43,905 bases of DNA, filler included, from Catajapyx aquilonaris (GCA_000934665.2; 2 parts of 2 records of this genome joined end to end with filler, not necessarily neighbours in it); one strand, 5' to 3'. Positions 10,610-21,913 are shown, numbered from the whole stretch's first letter. A program made the numbers and translations. The notes: generated from the letters alone by a model not told the origin.

Positions 10610-11031
10610 TTAAGTTCTGCTATATCTGACAAAAATATCGGGGAAAACCGACTTTACTACCAGGACGGAAAAAATGTTTACTCCTGATATAACACTCATT
10701 TTCACCTCACCTGGGGGGGGGGCATTATTTCTTGGCCCCTCGGTGGGAAAATATAGTATTCCAGGTATAAAATGTGCATAAGGGAGAAGGCATAAGAACA
10801 TTTAAGATATTTTGGTCCTGCATAATTTTCGGGTGAGCTAATATTGCATTTTTGATTGATTTCATTAATCTGTATGTAGTAGTGCACATTACAGGCATAT
10901 GGAAAGCAGAAATCTCTGTTTTCGGTGCAAAAGTGACGATTTGGCTATAACAGACCTCGGTTATAACAGACTTTCTTCTGCAGTTTCTTGAAGTCTGTTA
11001 TATCCTGATTCAACCATAGGCCTACTATCAA

Positions 11032-12164
11032 CCCCTTCGCTACCTGCTATATCGCCATCGCCTAGATTTTCGCTTACACATGCTATGAAGATAAGGACAA
11101 TATACAGGGTGGACCAACTTCAAGTGTCGTTTTATAACGGTGATTAATAGCAGTGATTTTGCGATGACGTAGCAGCGACGTGTAAAATGTCCCACTTCGG
11201 CACCATCGAAAATATTAGCTGCCATTAGCAGCACACATGTAATCAACCCTGCTGCTGGGTTGACCTGGAAAAAAGTAGGTGCACACATGACCTGAGATGC
11301 GCCTGGGTGAAATGCCTTCTTTGCGGACTGCCGGATTGGCATTGGTGCCGCATGTGGTTGCACTCGTTGCAGCAGGTTCATTACATGTACGCTAATATTG
11401 GCAGCTAATATTTTCGATGGCGCCGAAGTGGGACATTTTACACGTCGCTGCTACGTCAATCGTAAAGCGCTTCTATTAATAGCCGTTATAAAACGACACT
11501 TGCAGTTGGTCCACCCTGTATTTTACAAAATAATAACAGCTATACTTACACATTCATGCTCTATATGTGAGGGAAACAATTTTCCTCGTCTAGAAGACCC
11601 TAAATAATTTTCAATAAGCTCGCCATAAAAACACGAAATTCAGGTATTACCGGCCAACTGTTAAGCTGATTTAATTATCAAATATGTTACAGTATATGGA
11701 ATTTCTACCTTGAGAAAGGTGCCAGATGCATTTGTTGAAATTGTAGTATTTCGCGAAAATGATATAAGTTTGGGTGTTTTCAGATTGACAGGCAAGCCGC
11801 AGATAAATATTGATGTAATTCTCGCAAAGTACCATGATTTCAGCAAATTTGTCTAGTATGGTTCTCAATGTAGATATTCCGTATAATTTAACGTATGCTA
11901 TTGGATAATAAAATCAGACTAACAGTTGGCCGGTAGCACTCTAATTTCGTTTTTTATGGCGATCTTTGTGAAAATAATTTTAGGGACTTCTAGGTGATGA
12001 AAATCGTCTCCAACACAATCGTAGTGTAGACTAGAGCATAAACGTGTAAGTGTGATACGTATAGCACTGTAGCTGTTATTATTTGTAAAATATATTGTCC
12101 TTATCATCCGAGTACGTCTAAGCAAAATTCTAGGCGATGGCGGTAGAGCTGGTAGCGAAGGGGG
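11032..12164. mobile_element. piggyBac-like palindromic non-autonomous element family B, copy 1 (interrupted by a family A MITE)
   Basis: Ends CCCCTTCGCTACCTGCTATATCGCCATCGCCTAG and CTAGGCGATGGCGGTAGAGCTGGTAGCGAAGGGGG. The internal halves are also inverted (CCGGCCAACTGTTA / TAACAGTTGGCCGG). Flanks TCAA / TTTTAA. Confidence 0.85.
11105..11518 (-). mobile_element. Tc1/mariner-type MITE family A, copy 2 (opposite orientation, nested)
   Basis: TA|CAGGGTGGACCAACTTCAAGTG ... CACTTGCAGTTGGTCCACCCTG|TA. The internal segment is the reverse complement of about 10092-10200. Confidence 0.92.
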
Positions 12165-12579
12165 TTTTAAAAAATAACTGCATTAAGAGTAAAAACATTC
12201 CCCTCAGTGAAAAAAAATTGTAGTAAGACCTCCGTGTCGGAATGAAAGTACTGAAACAAGGCAGGCTTGCTGTAATAAGTTTCGGAGTATTGCTAGCATA
12301 ACTGTTGTGCATCAGAAAGACAGCAATTTTTAAATTGTTTGCTTTCAAAAGCACTGTAATATGAATAACTCTCAGGTCTTCCTTGTTGAAACAAAGTAAA
12401 TCTTACACTTTGGATGTCAAATGCCTAACTCGCTGATGTGCAATAATAACAACAATACTTTTGCACAGTCCTGAAAACCTTCAAAAAAAGACTGTCAAAA
12501 TGGTAATTGAAAACTTCCAAAAGAACTTCCAGAGAAACCTCAAAATGAACTACTTATTGTTCCAACCTGATACTATGAG

Positions 12580-12582
<3 letters not shown>

Positions 12583-12616
<34 letters not shown>

Positions 12617-12641
12617 NNNNNNNNNNNNNCACACACACACA
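12583..12641. repeat. (CT)n/(CA)n compound microsatellite containing a 13-N gap (12617-12629)
   Basis: Directly visible. Confidence 0.95.
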
Positions 12642-12722
12642 GTACCCGTATGGTACATGGACGTTTTCAACTATACCTACGTTCTGAAGTAATAGGGGGA
12701 AATGAATATCATAATCTTTCAC

Positions 12723-13886
12723 CTTGGTGTAACTATCTGTATGGTTCCTGGCAAAGTACACCATACAGTCAAGAGCCAGCATCCCAGGTGGAGTCTCCGT
12801 GAAATCCAATGCAGGGTTGATGTCATTGCGGAATCCCAATCTCTTGTAATCTTTCGCAAACACACCTTGGCGACGTGTTGAAGGATCCTTTGTCGCTACA
12901 TCAGCATCAGTGTCAAATGCAATTCGTCGCAACTCTTTGATCTTCTCATGTGCATCCTGGTCCTGAGGGTCCATCTTGGTTGTACGCCTCTCCTCTAACA
13001 AATTAAATGTCAAGGTCTGCAGCACATACAATTGGTGTGCCATTTCAGTTCCAACTTGTCCTGAAGCACTTTGCATCACATTGCTTAAGATGACATTGCG
13101 AATGTGTTTGGAACTTAAAGTGGCTGAAACTGCTCGTCTTTTACCATCATCTGCTTTCAAGAATAGGGCATTGATCAATGCTATTGCATTTTGTTGTATG
13201 ACGGGGTTCTGGTTCTGTATATGCATAACTAAATTTGGGACTGTAACTTCCTTCTCAACCAGCGGATACTTCCCAGACCCATTTAGGACAATGTTTTCTA
13301 GAATCGCCAATGATGCTTGTAATGCTTTAGGTTCTACCTGAGCTGCACTTTGATTGTTTACATATCCAGCAATGCGATTAATAAATGGCGGTTCCAATAT
13401 GTCCCATGATGCTGATCCATGCTCCATGAGCTCCACAAATGAAAGCAATGCATATGCCAAGGTCTCTCCAGTGCATTTCCCACCTTCAATTAGTGATATC
13501 AGAAGTGCCAATCCTTGCTTGTTTATAAACTCAAGAGCAAAGGTAATGTCTGCATTTAGTCTTGACAATTCTTGCAATGCACGGGTTTTTTCTTCTACAG
13601 GGCCTGAGTTGAGCTTCTGCAATATTTCTTGTGCAGTGCGTGAAGGTGACAAAGTCAAGGTTAAGACTATCCCATTTTTGACCTCACTCCGATTCTTCTC
13701 AGTGATGTAATTCTGTGCATTGTCAGCACACTGGAGGGCATATTGATCTGGGTCTTGCAAACCCCAACTATTGCACAGCTCTTGGATGATAGCTGTTAGA
13801 GGTTGGCGCTGGTTGAACTGAATCAGCTGTGGGATCTGGTCCTTCATCTGGACAGCAATCTTCACTATACTTGAGTCCTTCATCAT
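12723..13886 (-). CDS. ELMO: ELMO/CED-12 engulfment and cell motility protein, coding exon 1 (388 codons; N-terminal Ras-binding region, armadillo-like repeats, start of ELMO domain)
   Basis: ORF MMKDSSIVKIAVQM...NYITEKNRSEVKNG...FALEFINKQGL...QNAIALINALF...EMAHQLYVLQ...KELRRIAFD...DYKRLGF...PPGMLALDCMVYFA is characteristic of ELMO. There is an upstream acceptor ttaaacacAG (exon starts 13912) and a donor AAG|GTGAAA after 12723, phase 0, 1164 nt. Confidence 0.96.
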
Positions 13887-14187
13887 GGCCCGTGGACTGT
13901 CTGCTTGAGAACCTGTGTTTAAGACAAGGTCAAAATGACATTTTCACTGTATTTGAGGTGGCACAAGGTCATGGCAATATGCAACGCCTGTTGCAACAAG
14001 TCAACAAGACATGCTGAATTTAATGTTCAGTAAATGTGCACATCGTCACACAAGCACAGCAAGATAGCACTTTTTTCGTGTCTAAGGAAGGCTGTTTAGT
14101 CCCTTGCATCCGAATCACATTCAGCAGTGATTTCCAACCAGGGTGCCGAGGATATCAAGTAGGGGGGCCGCGAAAATAATGATCATA

Positions 14188-14628
14188 CAGGGTGAAAGGA
14201 AACTCGTGCCAAATCGCCAGGTAGACTGATCGTAGGTACTCGCAAAACTAATATAGGGATGTGCAATTAGTTTTTGGCTCCGTTTCATAGCAAACGCGTA
14301 TGGTGCCCTTAAAGTGTAGAGAGCTGGATGGTGGAATATGAGGCAAAAAAAGACAAAGTGCATGGATGTCTGGTTACTCTGGCGGGATTTGATCGCTTTT
14401 TGCACATGGACGATGTGTTAGGATACCAAGGCAAGGGACCGGAGGCCCTCGAACTGACTTTTGCTTCTTAGCAGCTGGCAGAACGCATGTGACGTCAAGA
14501 AACTTTGACGTCGCCGTACGCATTAACTATGCAATGGATCCCAAAGCTAATTATTGCACATCCCTATATTAGTTTTACGAGTACTATCACACTACCTGGT
14601 GATTGTCCGCAAGTTTCCCTTCACCCTG
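14188..14628. mobile_element. Tc1/mariner-type MITE
   Basis: TA|CAGGGTGAAAGGAAACT ... AGTTTCCCTTCACCCTG|TA. The IR includes AAAACTAATATAGGGATGTGCAAT / ATTGCACATCCCTATATTAGTTTT. Confidence 0.9.
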
Positions 14629-14710
14629 TATAGTTTCCCGCCGCGCGAAATTTATTTGTATTAATATTTTATAATAAGTGTCATAATACTGGTTGAAATG
14701 TACTGCAACT

Positions 14711-14967
14711 ATAATAATTCTTATTCTTTAGGGGGGAAATTTTTGTTTTGACTGGAACTCTTTGCTTTCATTTTATTTGCTTTTTGGGATAGGATAGGGA
14801 CGGAAGGAAGCGGCTGTGGCCTGTTTTTACAGAAACGACCCCGGAATCATCCTGGGAGGACCGTGAAAAACCACAGAAAACCACGGTCAGGGTCGCCAGC
14901 ACCAGGATTCAAACCCAGGACCTCCCGATTAGCAGGCGGACTCCATATCCACTACACCAACCTGCTT
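14711..14967 (-). mobile_element. tRNA-derived SINE family S1, full-length copy with 21-bp TSD
   Basis: Minus strand: A box TGGTGTAGTGG, B box GGTTTGAATCC, core GGTTTTCTGTGGTTT...GGCCACAGCCGCTTCCTTCC. TGGTTGAAATGTACTGCAACT is duplicated at 14690-14710 and 14968-14988. Confidence 0.92.
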
Positions 14968-15286
14968 TGGTTGAAATGTACTGCAACTCAATTTACTATT
15001 TCACTTTTCACTATGAAATATGACTATTCACAAGAAGTATTATACTGACAAGTGAGTTGTAAAGTTAGGGGTGCCTTCAGAATTTTTGGTGTGTGTAGGG
15101 GTGGCTTGAGGATAAATACCCGTCAAACGTGGTGAGATTGTACCAGCGCATTTTTGGGACAACAACGCACCCTACTGAGCAGGCGTAGACTAGCAAATTT
15201 AGGCATCATTCACTACATTGAAGGATTGTCGACGTTGGCAATGACGAGTAAAATCCGCGATTTGGTGTGATAAGGCCCGCAATATA

Positions 15287-15497
15287 CAGAGTGTTTCAAC
15301 TTTTTTGTCTGAACAGTTATCAGAAATATGGCACTATAAGCTGCTACTTGGTAAGCAGTGACTTGCAACCGGTTTGTCGGAGGAATGGGGAATATTCCCT
15401 GCGAATCTTAGGTTGAAGTGGCATACACTGCTTACAAAGTAGCAGCTTAGTGCAATATTTCCGATAACTGTTTGGACAAAAAAGTTGAAACACCCTG
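15287..15497. mobile_element. Tc1/mariner-type MITE
   Basis: TA|CAGAGTGTTTCAACTTTTTTGTC ... GACAAAAAAGTTGAAACACCCTG, with TIRs of about 75 bp. Confidence 0.88.
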
Positions 15498-15556
15498 TGT
15501 ATGTTTTTGTTGATGTTTTGATTTTCAAATTTTTCATTGGGTAGTGGTATAGTGTT

Positions 15557-15822
15557 GGTTGGTGTGATTGGACGATTGTAGTGGTATGGTGTCTGACTGC
15601 TAATCGGGAGGTCTTGGGCTCGAATCCCGGAGGCCGGCGACCCTGATCATGGTTTTCTGTGGTTTCCCATGGTCACCGCAGGATAATTCCGGGGTCGTTA
15701 CCGTAATTATAGGCCACAGCCGCTTCCTTCCTTACCTATCCTTGCCTCAATTCCGATGAAAAGTATAGTAAAAATGGAAAGAGTTCCAGACAAAAAAATT
15801 GGGAGAAATCCCCCCCTAATAA
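15557..15822 (+). mobile_element. tRNA-derived SINE family S1, second copy
   Basis: CTGCTAATCGGGAGGTC.TGGGCTCGAATCCCGG..GGCGACCCTGA..GGTTTTCTGTGGTTTCCC..GGCCACAGCCGCTTCCTTCC..CCCCCCTAA is collinear with the reverse complement of 14711-14967. Confidence 0.88.
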
Positions 15823-16797
15823 AGCCTAAAGGGCTGATAATGGGGTATCAATTAATTTTTAAAAAAAATCATTTTTACCTCTGTGTCAACCATCTTACCT
15901 AGTCCTCTTCACAGGTTTTAACATTTTCACTTTGTATTTTGAGTTCCTTCAATTAGTAGTTCTTTTGTTTGAAATTTGTTTCCAGTTGTATACAGTATTT
16001 CGTTCTCGGTTCCATAAAGGTTGATAAAGTTTATTATTGTAGTACCGATCCTTGAATAATGGATTTTTTTTTTTTTTCATTCATAAGTTACTTGTTTTGA
16101 AAATGTTTTTTTCAAGCATTGAGGAGTGTTCATGTTTATAGGCAGACAGGTGAGAATATCTCAGGGACACATTTCCTATTCACTGCAAGCTTTTATAAAG
16201 GCTGGCACAATCTCACCCCACTCAACAAGCGAGATGGTACAGCAGAAAAAATTTATACCCCCTTCCCTTAGCATAAGTTATAAAAATTATTTTCACACAT
16301 GAACAGAAAGGTGAGATGTGCCGCAATGTTGTGTATTAATCCGTTCCAATACATCAATGATTCTGGTTTTCTCGTAAGAAACATCTCAAAATGTATCACA
16401 ATCTCACCCCGTTTGACTGGTTATACATTACCGTGGTATGCTCATTCTGCATATTAACTTTACAGAAGGAATGGATGCAGGAGGGGGCGGCAGATGACCA
16501 ACTGGCTACCCGCGGAAAAAGTATAAATACGGCCCTGCATATCCACCACACATAATTTCCATGTCAGTTATAACTTTACATCAGTATCACCACAAATCGT
16601 GACTCCTACCTACAGTATAGCCCTCACTGTACCGTAATTAGATTCAATAAGCACCCCTGTCAATCACAACTGGTGAAACCTGATCACCGCATGCATTTAT
16701 CATTCATACAACCTTGATACAACGTATTAACTAATGTAAATCCACACCATAATGTGAACAGCAGTAACAACAACTTCGTGCTACCGAGCTGATAATT

Positions 16798-17473
16798 ACT
16801 TACACGAATAAGCGGACGAGGAAGCCTAGATTAACAGCAGAGGAAGCTGTGATGAGTGTGATCCATACTGATGAATGAAGGGGTGTGGACCCGACCAGGC
16901 GACCCCCGACCAAGGTTGGAAATAAGGCCGGCTGACAGAAGCCCCCCTGCAGACGACATTAGTCATCACATCCGATCGTATAGCACGTGAGGGTTTTATT
17001 ACCGATCACAGGCACGATCGGAGAGGTCAAAGTGACCTCTTTTCTCTCAGACGTAACAGCTAGGGAGCAACGATCATGTACCAGCATATAGCAATTGTTT
17101 ACAATCGCAGCTTCCACCCACGAACAGCCATGTGATAGCAAGGCATGCAGTGACATACTGTATGTTGTTGTTACAAGTTACATGCCTCCGAGTGGAACGT
17201 CGTCATAAGATAACAACACTGAGCCACGCAGGCTTCTGCAATAACAATCGCTAGCTGTTATCAAAAGTTACTTACCAGCCGTTGAAATTAAGCAGCTAGG
17301 CTTTAACCGTTAATCATGGAGATTCTTGATGGAGAGTGGAGACACTCAAATAGTGCATGGAGTCAGCTGATCTATGGACATCTTCCAGTATGCGTGTTCC
17401 GAACCGGTCAAGCACGACTATCTTAACTTTGGAGGTGCCCTCACTTTAGTCCAGGACCTCGTGGCATCCAGCA
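16798..17473. promoter_or_regulatory. Putative bidirectional promoter / 5' UTR region shared by ELMO and ABCC10
   Basis: The genes are divergent. This interval has no obvious repeats, is relatively CpG-rich and lies directly upstream of the ABCC10 ATG. It contains minus-strand GTAAGT donors (16803-16798, 17275-17270) that could end a non-coding ELMO first exon. Confidence 0.5.
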
Positions 17474-17977
17474 ATGGCCTGGAACTGGACCTCGTTGTGC
17501 GGTAGAGGCTCGCCCGAGTCTTTCTCCGCATGGTCTCCGGAACTGCAAGACTTCACACCATGTTTCACCAGGCTGTGTCTGGAGTTGCCCGCATATGTTC
17601 TACTGGGAACTGTCTCTGCATACATGCTTGGCTACCAGGGAAAATGGGTGATGCGGGATTCCAGGCAAGTTGTGCTTGTGTACCTCAGGTCAGCGGTCGT
17701 CGCTCTCCTGGCCATTCTGTCGGTCACAGAGCTGGTTGCCAGGATCATTAGCAAGGAGGAGGTCAGCCTAATCGACTATGGGGTTGGAGGTGTCAAGACT
17801 TTTGCATGGACACTGCATCTTGGCTACTGTCTGGCCCTCAGAAGCAGAATGAGCCTCAGTGTCAGAGGACCTGTAACAGTGTGGATAACCTGGGTGGCAA
17901 CTTTGATTGTCACAGCCATGAGCTTCAGGTCCATGCTGTTGCGAACCAGTGGAAAGGAAGTTGAATTTTACACTCAG
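17474..17977 (+). CDS. ABCC10: ABCC10/MRP7-like multidrug resistance-associated ABC transporter, coding exon 1 (168 codons; TMD0)
   Basis: gcaATGg start. Translation MAWNWTSLCG...DFTPCFTRLCLELP followed by hydrophobic TM segments and RGP. Donor CAG|GTAACA, phase 0. Confidence 0.88.
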
Positions 17978-19313
17978 GTAACAGCATGATAGAATATCAT
18001 CCAACTCTGGTGCAGTGCAGTGACAGATGAAGTGGGTTGGTTGTGTATATGGGTTGCCAACATCGCAATGGGGGAAATGAACAGTTGTCCAGGCCTGTCA
18101 CCTCTGGGGGTAATGGGTTTAATCACAGGTCTAATGGTCCAAGTGTTTCAGAATAGAGCTCACATCTGCATCAGTGGAAATTTTACAGATGCCCCCTCCC
18201 GTAAACTCACCTTTTCATGTGATGTAGAATCTCACAGGCCCGTATTGTGGGCTTTCCAATGATGATGTAGGCATGATAAAAGGAGTGATCAGAAATGAGT
18301 GGCTGAGAGATTTTTACTGATATATATGAGAGTTCAATTTTGGAATGCACCTAGTATTTTCTGATTCCCCCACCATGTCTTGCCTGCAAGAATACCAATC
18401 TACATGATACAGACTAAATATTACTTAATGACAGATGGTACAGAGACCTACCAGAAGGTAATGTCCTACCAGTAGGATGCAAAACAAATCATAATGACGT
18501 CCATATGGCTCCTACTAGGACGATGATGGACTTGTTATGTGAAAGCCACTCAGGTCATTTGCCAGCAAACCGACAAGTAGAGAATCGGGTGATACTCCTG
18601 CATGCCCTGAATAATGAAATATGGTGGACCACAGTATCGCAGCTGGAAGCGGGATGTGCATGTCAGTGGCCTATTTTGAAGGTGGTGCTGGCCACTCTTG
18701 GAGTGGAGCCAGCAAGTATTTGAAGAGATGTAGGAGACCGCACCTTGCACCAGCACAGTTGTGTCATGTGCAAAGACCAGTTGGTGCCAGGAATACCTTT
18801 CACTTATTCAGAAAATGAACGCACTGCCACTTGTCCATTTTCTTTTTCATATCATTTTCATATGGATGATGTTGATGACCTTGCTTTTATTCTTATGGAA
18901 TGTTGTGTGACGATCTCTTAACTAATCACAAATACTAAGAGATAGTGTGCACTAAGTGACGGATATTTCTAACATCAGTTATTAAGGGGGGGATAAAGAG
19001 AATTTGGGAGTAACGTTCTCGCTAACTAACAACAGCAGAACCGATTTTTTTTTGTGTGTGTGTAAGTGTAACTGACCTCTCTCTTACACATGTACACTGT
19101 ACTTTTCCCATATTCTTAATGTAGTCTTATAAAAAGTCATTTGCATTTGGGAGTGTGTAAGTAAGGTAGGAGGTAGGGGCTAAGAGTTGTTAATGCTAGG
19201 GGCCCACAATCCTGTGTTGCCAATATGACAGTGAAATTCTGTGACTCTAATATAACAAAAGTCTGACACAACTAGTTTTCTGGTTTTGTTGATGCAACAT
19301 ATTTTTATTACAG

Positions 19314-19983
19314 ATTGCATACACAACACTCCAAGGGATTTACTTCCTGACATTGATCCCGTCAGGTGACTCATACATTAGCTCCTATGAGGAGTTTTTC
19401 CGGAAACATAGCAATACCCCAGAAGAGAACCAGTCCTTCATTGGTCCCTACAGTGGTTTTCATGAAGATGAAGATGGATATCTTGGTGCTGCCAGAAGTG
19501 GCACTAACTGGATGTCCAGACTCCTCTTTGCTTGGGTTACTCCCCTGATGCAGAAGGGTTCTGTGCATAGGATCCATGATCCTGATGACCTCTTTGATCT
19601 TCCTCCAAAATTGTGTGTGGCTCATGTTGGGTTTACAGTGTCCAAATGTGCCTCTGAACTATCCACCCAATGTAGCAATCATCTCTCAGTGGCAGCCGAT
19701 GGAGCCCCATTGCTGTCTCCTGTTTCTGGATCAACATCTAGTTTGCATTATTCAGAGACAGATGGCGGACAAGTGATAAAAAAGGCTGGATTGCTTCACA
19801 TGCTTCACAGATGCTTTGGACTCCAGTTTTACTCTTTGGGAATACTCAAATTGATGGCTGACTTGTGTGGTTTTGCTGGTCCTATGCTACTCAACCTACT
19901 AGTAAATTTTATTGAGGAGAAGAACCAGCCCATGAAAGATGGATATCTCTATGCTTTTGGGCTATTTCTTGTCACCCTTGTAG
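19314..19983 (+). CDS. ABCC10: ABCC10-like coding exon 2 (end of TMD0, L0 linker, start of TMD1)
   Basis: Acceptor ttttattacAG. Translation IAYTTLQGIYFLTLIP...NWMSRLLFAWVTPLMQKG...DDLFDLP...LHRCFGLQFYSLGILKLMADLCGFAGPMLLNLLVNFIE. Donor G|GTCAGT, 670 nt, phase 1. Confidence 0.92.
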
Positions 19984-20292
19984 GTCAGTTTCATTTCCTA
20001 CATGACTATTTTGGAGTTGTGTGCGTAAGTAGAAAGCTGATCAAATAAGTCATTAGGTATTATGCACTGTGAACTGGATCTAAATCCTAAATGTAATCCT
20101 AACTACATGGCTGTTATGTTCCAACTTTTATGCTGAACATTTCAATATTTTTGACTGGTTTTTATGAAAATTCTGACACAACTTGTATTCAATAATGAGT
20201 AAGGGCCATTCACTTACTAACATGAAGCACTTTATTGCTTTAAACTGGTTTTTGGGCAACTGTGCAAAGTTGTAATGGTTTCTCAATTGCAG

Positions 20293-20419
20293 GCTCATTG
20301 TGCAGCACTCATTTTGAGATGTGGATTGCTGAATTGGGTTTGAAAATAAGGGCATCGCTTGTTATGTTGATTTACCGGAAGACACTAAACATCAGCAGTT
20401 TGGCCCTGTCAAAATTCAG
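20293..20419 (+). CDS. ABCC10: ABCC10-like coding exon 3 (TMD1)
   Basis: Not in the ORF track. Acceptor tctcaattgcAG. Reads (G)SLCSTHFEMWIAELGLKIRASLVMLIYRKTLNISSLALSKF(S), the typical ABCC G-x-K-I-R...IYRK motif. Donor AG|GTAGTT, 127 nt, phases fit. Confidence 0.92.
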
Positions 20420-20481
20420 GTAGTTTCATGTGTTAGTGAATGAAAGTAGTGATGCCTAATACTGGTTTGATTTTTTTTTAG

Positions 20482-20575
20482 CATTGGAGAAATTGTCAAT
20501 TTTATGAGTTCAGACACTGACCGAATTGTGAACATAGGGCCAAGCTTCCATGCCTTTTGGAGCCTACCATTTCAG
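20482..20575 (+). CDS. ABCC10: ABCC10-like coding exon 4 (TMD1); gene is 3'-partial in this window
   Basis: Follows a 62-nt intron ending in a T-rich tract and AG. Reads (S)IGEIVNFMSSDTDRIVNIGPSFHAFWSLPFQ, a motif characteristic of MRP7. Donor CAG|GTCTGA, 94 nt. Confidence 0.93.
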
Positions 20576-20758
20576 GTCTGAAATTTAAATGTCAAGGCAC
20601 TGCTAGTGTCACCTCTGGCAAGTCACTACATATATTATTTGTCACAATTACATACAAATTGATGACATCTAAAAGAAGAGAGACTAAGAGAAAGTGTGTG
20701 ACCAATCACTACCAGCCACTTCAAATCTAAGCGATGAGAACTTGACCGCCGCGCCATG

Positions 20759-21208
20759 TACCAGCTATACCCGCCATCGCCTAGTTTTCCACTTATGCGT
20801 GCTCTGAATATACGAACAAGATATTTTACAAATAATAACAGCTATACGTACCTGTTCAGGGAAAATACTATGAATGTGTTTGGAACAATTTTCCTCCCAC
20901 AGAAGTCCCTAAATTAATTTCCAAAAAGATCACAGTAAAAACCCGAAATTCAAGTACTGCCGGCGAACTGTTAGCTGATTTAATTAGGAAATATGTTAAA
21001 ATATACGGAATAACAACCTTGAGAACCTTGCCAGACAAATATGATGAAATCGTCGTACTTTGCAAAGAGTAAATAACTTTGGGAGTTTTCCTTAGTGACA
21101 GGCAAATCACAGATAAGTATTGATTTATTCCTCTAAAATTACAATGATTTCAGCAAATTTGTCTGGCATGATTCTCAAGATTGTTATTCCGTATATTGTA
21201 ATGTATTT
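20759..21208 (+). mobile_element. Family B element, copy 2 (uninterrupted, truncated, diverged)
   Basis: CGCCATCGCCTAG..TTTTACAAATAATAACAGCTATAC..CGAAATTCA..CCGGC.AACTGTTA..ATGATTTCAGCAAATTTGTCT is collinear with about 11041-11895 once the nested MITE is removed. Confidence 0.85.
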
Positions 21209-21593
21209 CGTAATGGGGAACTAGCCTTGGTCTGGGATTTGGGATTTTTGTTAATAACTAGCTAGCCCATGCCTGTAAACACACATTCCATCACTCTATT
21301 GCATCAAAATGACATTACTGGATAAATTACGGCACATTTAAAAGTGCCTTCAAAATTGGCGGGAAAAACGGGGCAGCCGGGTGGTGCCAATCGAAAGGGT
21401 ACACTGAAATGCCTGGTTGACTGCGAGATATGAGGAATTTGACTTTGAATTAACCGCGGACACGACGGAAAGCATTCGCAAGGCGGCTGTAGGCCATCGA
21501 GGTGGAGAAAGGGGGCCTTTATGTGCCTAATTCGGGAGACGGATAATTCCGAGCTGCTGGCATCACTGCCACGCACGAAGCGGTTTGAGCGGC

Positions 21594-21913
21594 TTAAGAG
21601 CGCGCTCTAGGCTACGCTATTCATTGTTGCGGGTAGCCCGTCACGGGCCGGCCCGTGAGTTTGACACTTCTTCCTCTCGCTGTCACGGCCGCAAATATGG
21701 AGGTATCGGCATGAAACTGGAGTATATGGACGCGAAAGAGTTGAACTTTGAGATGGCGCGCTTATTTTTCTCCTGGGGCGATATTTGCGGCCGCCGCGGC
21801 CAGGTACAGTTTTTTGTTTTGACCCGCAATAACTTCTTTCCATGTCGGTACCAGTGAAATTCGAGGCTGTCACGACCTTTGTACGGCGAATTACCGTAAG
21901 TGTGTGAAAGGGC
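21594..21913 (-). repeat. Unclassified interspersed repeat, copy 2 (truncated by the assembly spacer)
   Basis: TTAAGAGCGCGCTCTAGGCTACGCTAT...TTACCGTAAGTGTGTGAAAGGGC is the reverse complement of about 7216-7535. Confidence 0.88.

Larger units (their letters stand above)
15119..16420. mobile_element. pogo/Tc1-superfamily-like non-autonomous element hosting a MITE and a SINE
   Basis: TA|CCCGTCAAACGTGGTGAGATTGT pairs with ACAATCTCACCCCGTTTGACTGG. The GGTGAGA/TCTCACC motif repeats internally near 16149, 16211 and 16310. Confidence 0.65.

Noticed and set aside
9989..11607. ORFs sharing FHPGASQVMCAPTFFQVNPAAGLITC and KRHLKLDHPV
   Set aside because: Chance translations of MITE family A copies and their TIRs.
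12573..12722. C-terminal extension of the 437-aa ORF (VKDYD...ERERE)
   Set aside because: Read-through past the splice donor into intron and microsatellite. ELMO similarity resumes in frame at 9631.
12976..13710. Plus-strand ORFs of 121 and 118 aa
   Set aside because: Antisense shadows of the ELMO exon.
19984..20048. Tail of the 231-aa ORF (QFHFLHDY...)
   Set aside because: Intronic. The donor after 19983 joins exon 3 in the correct phase.
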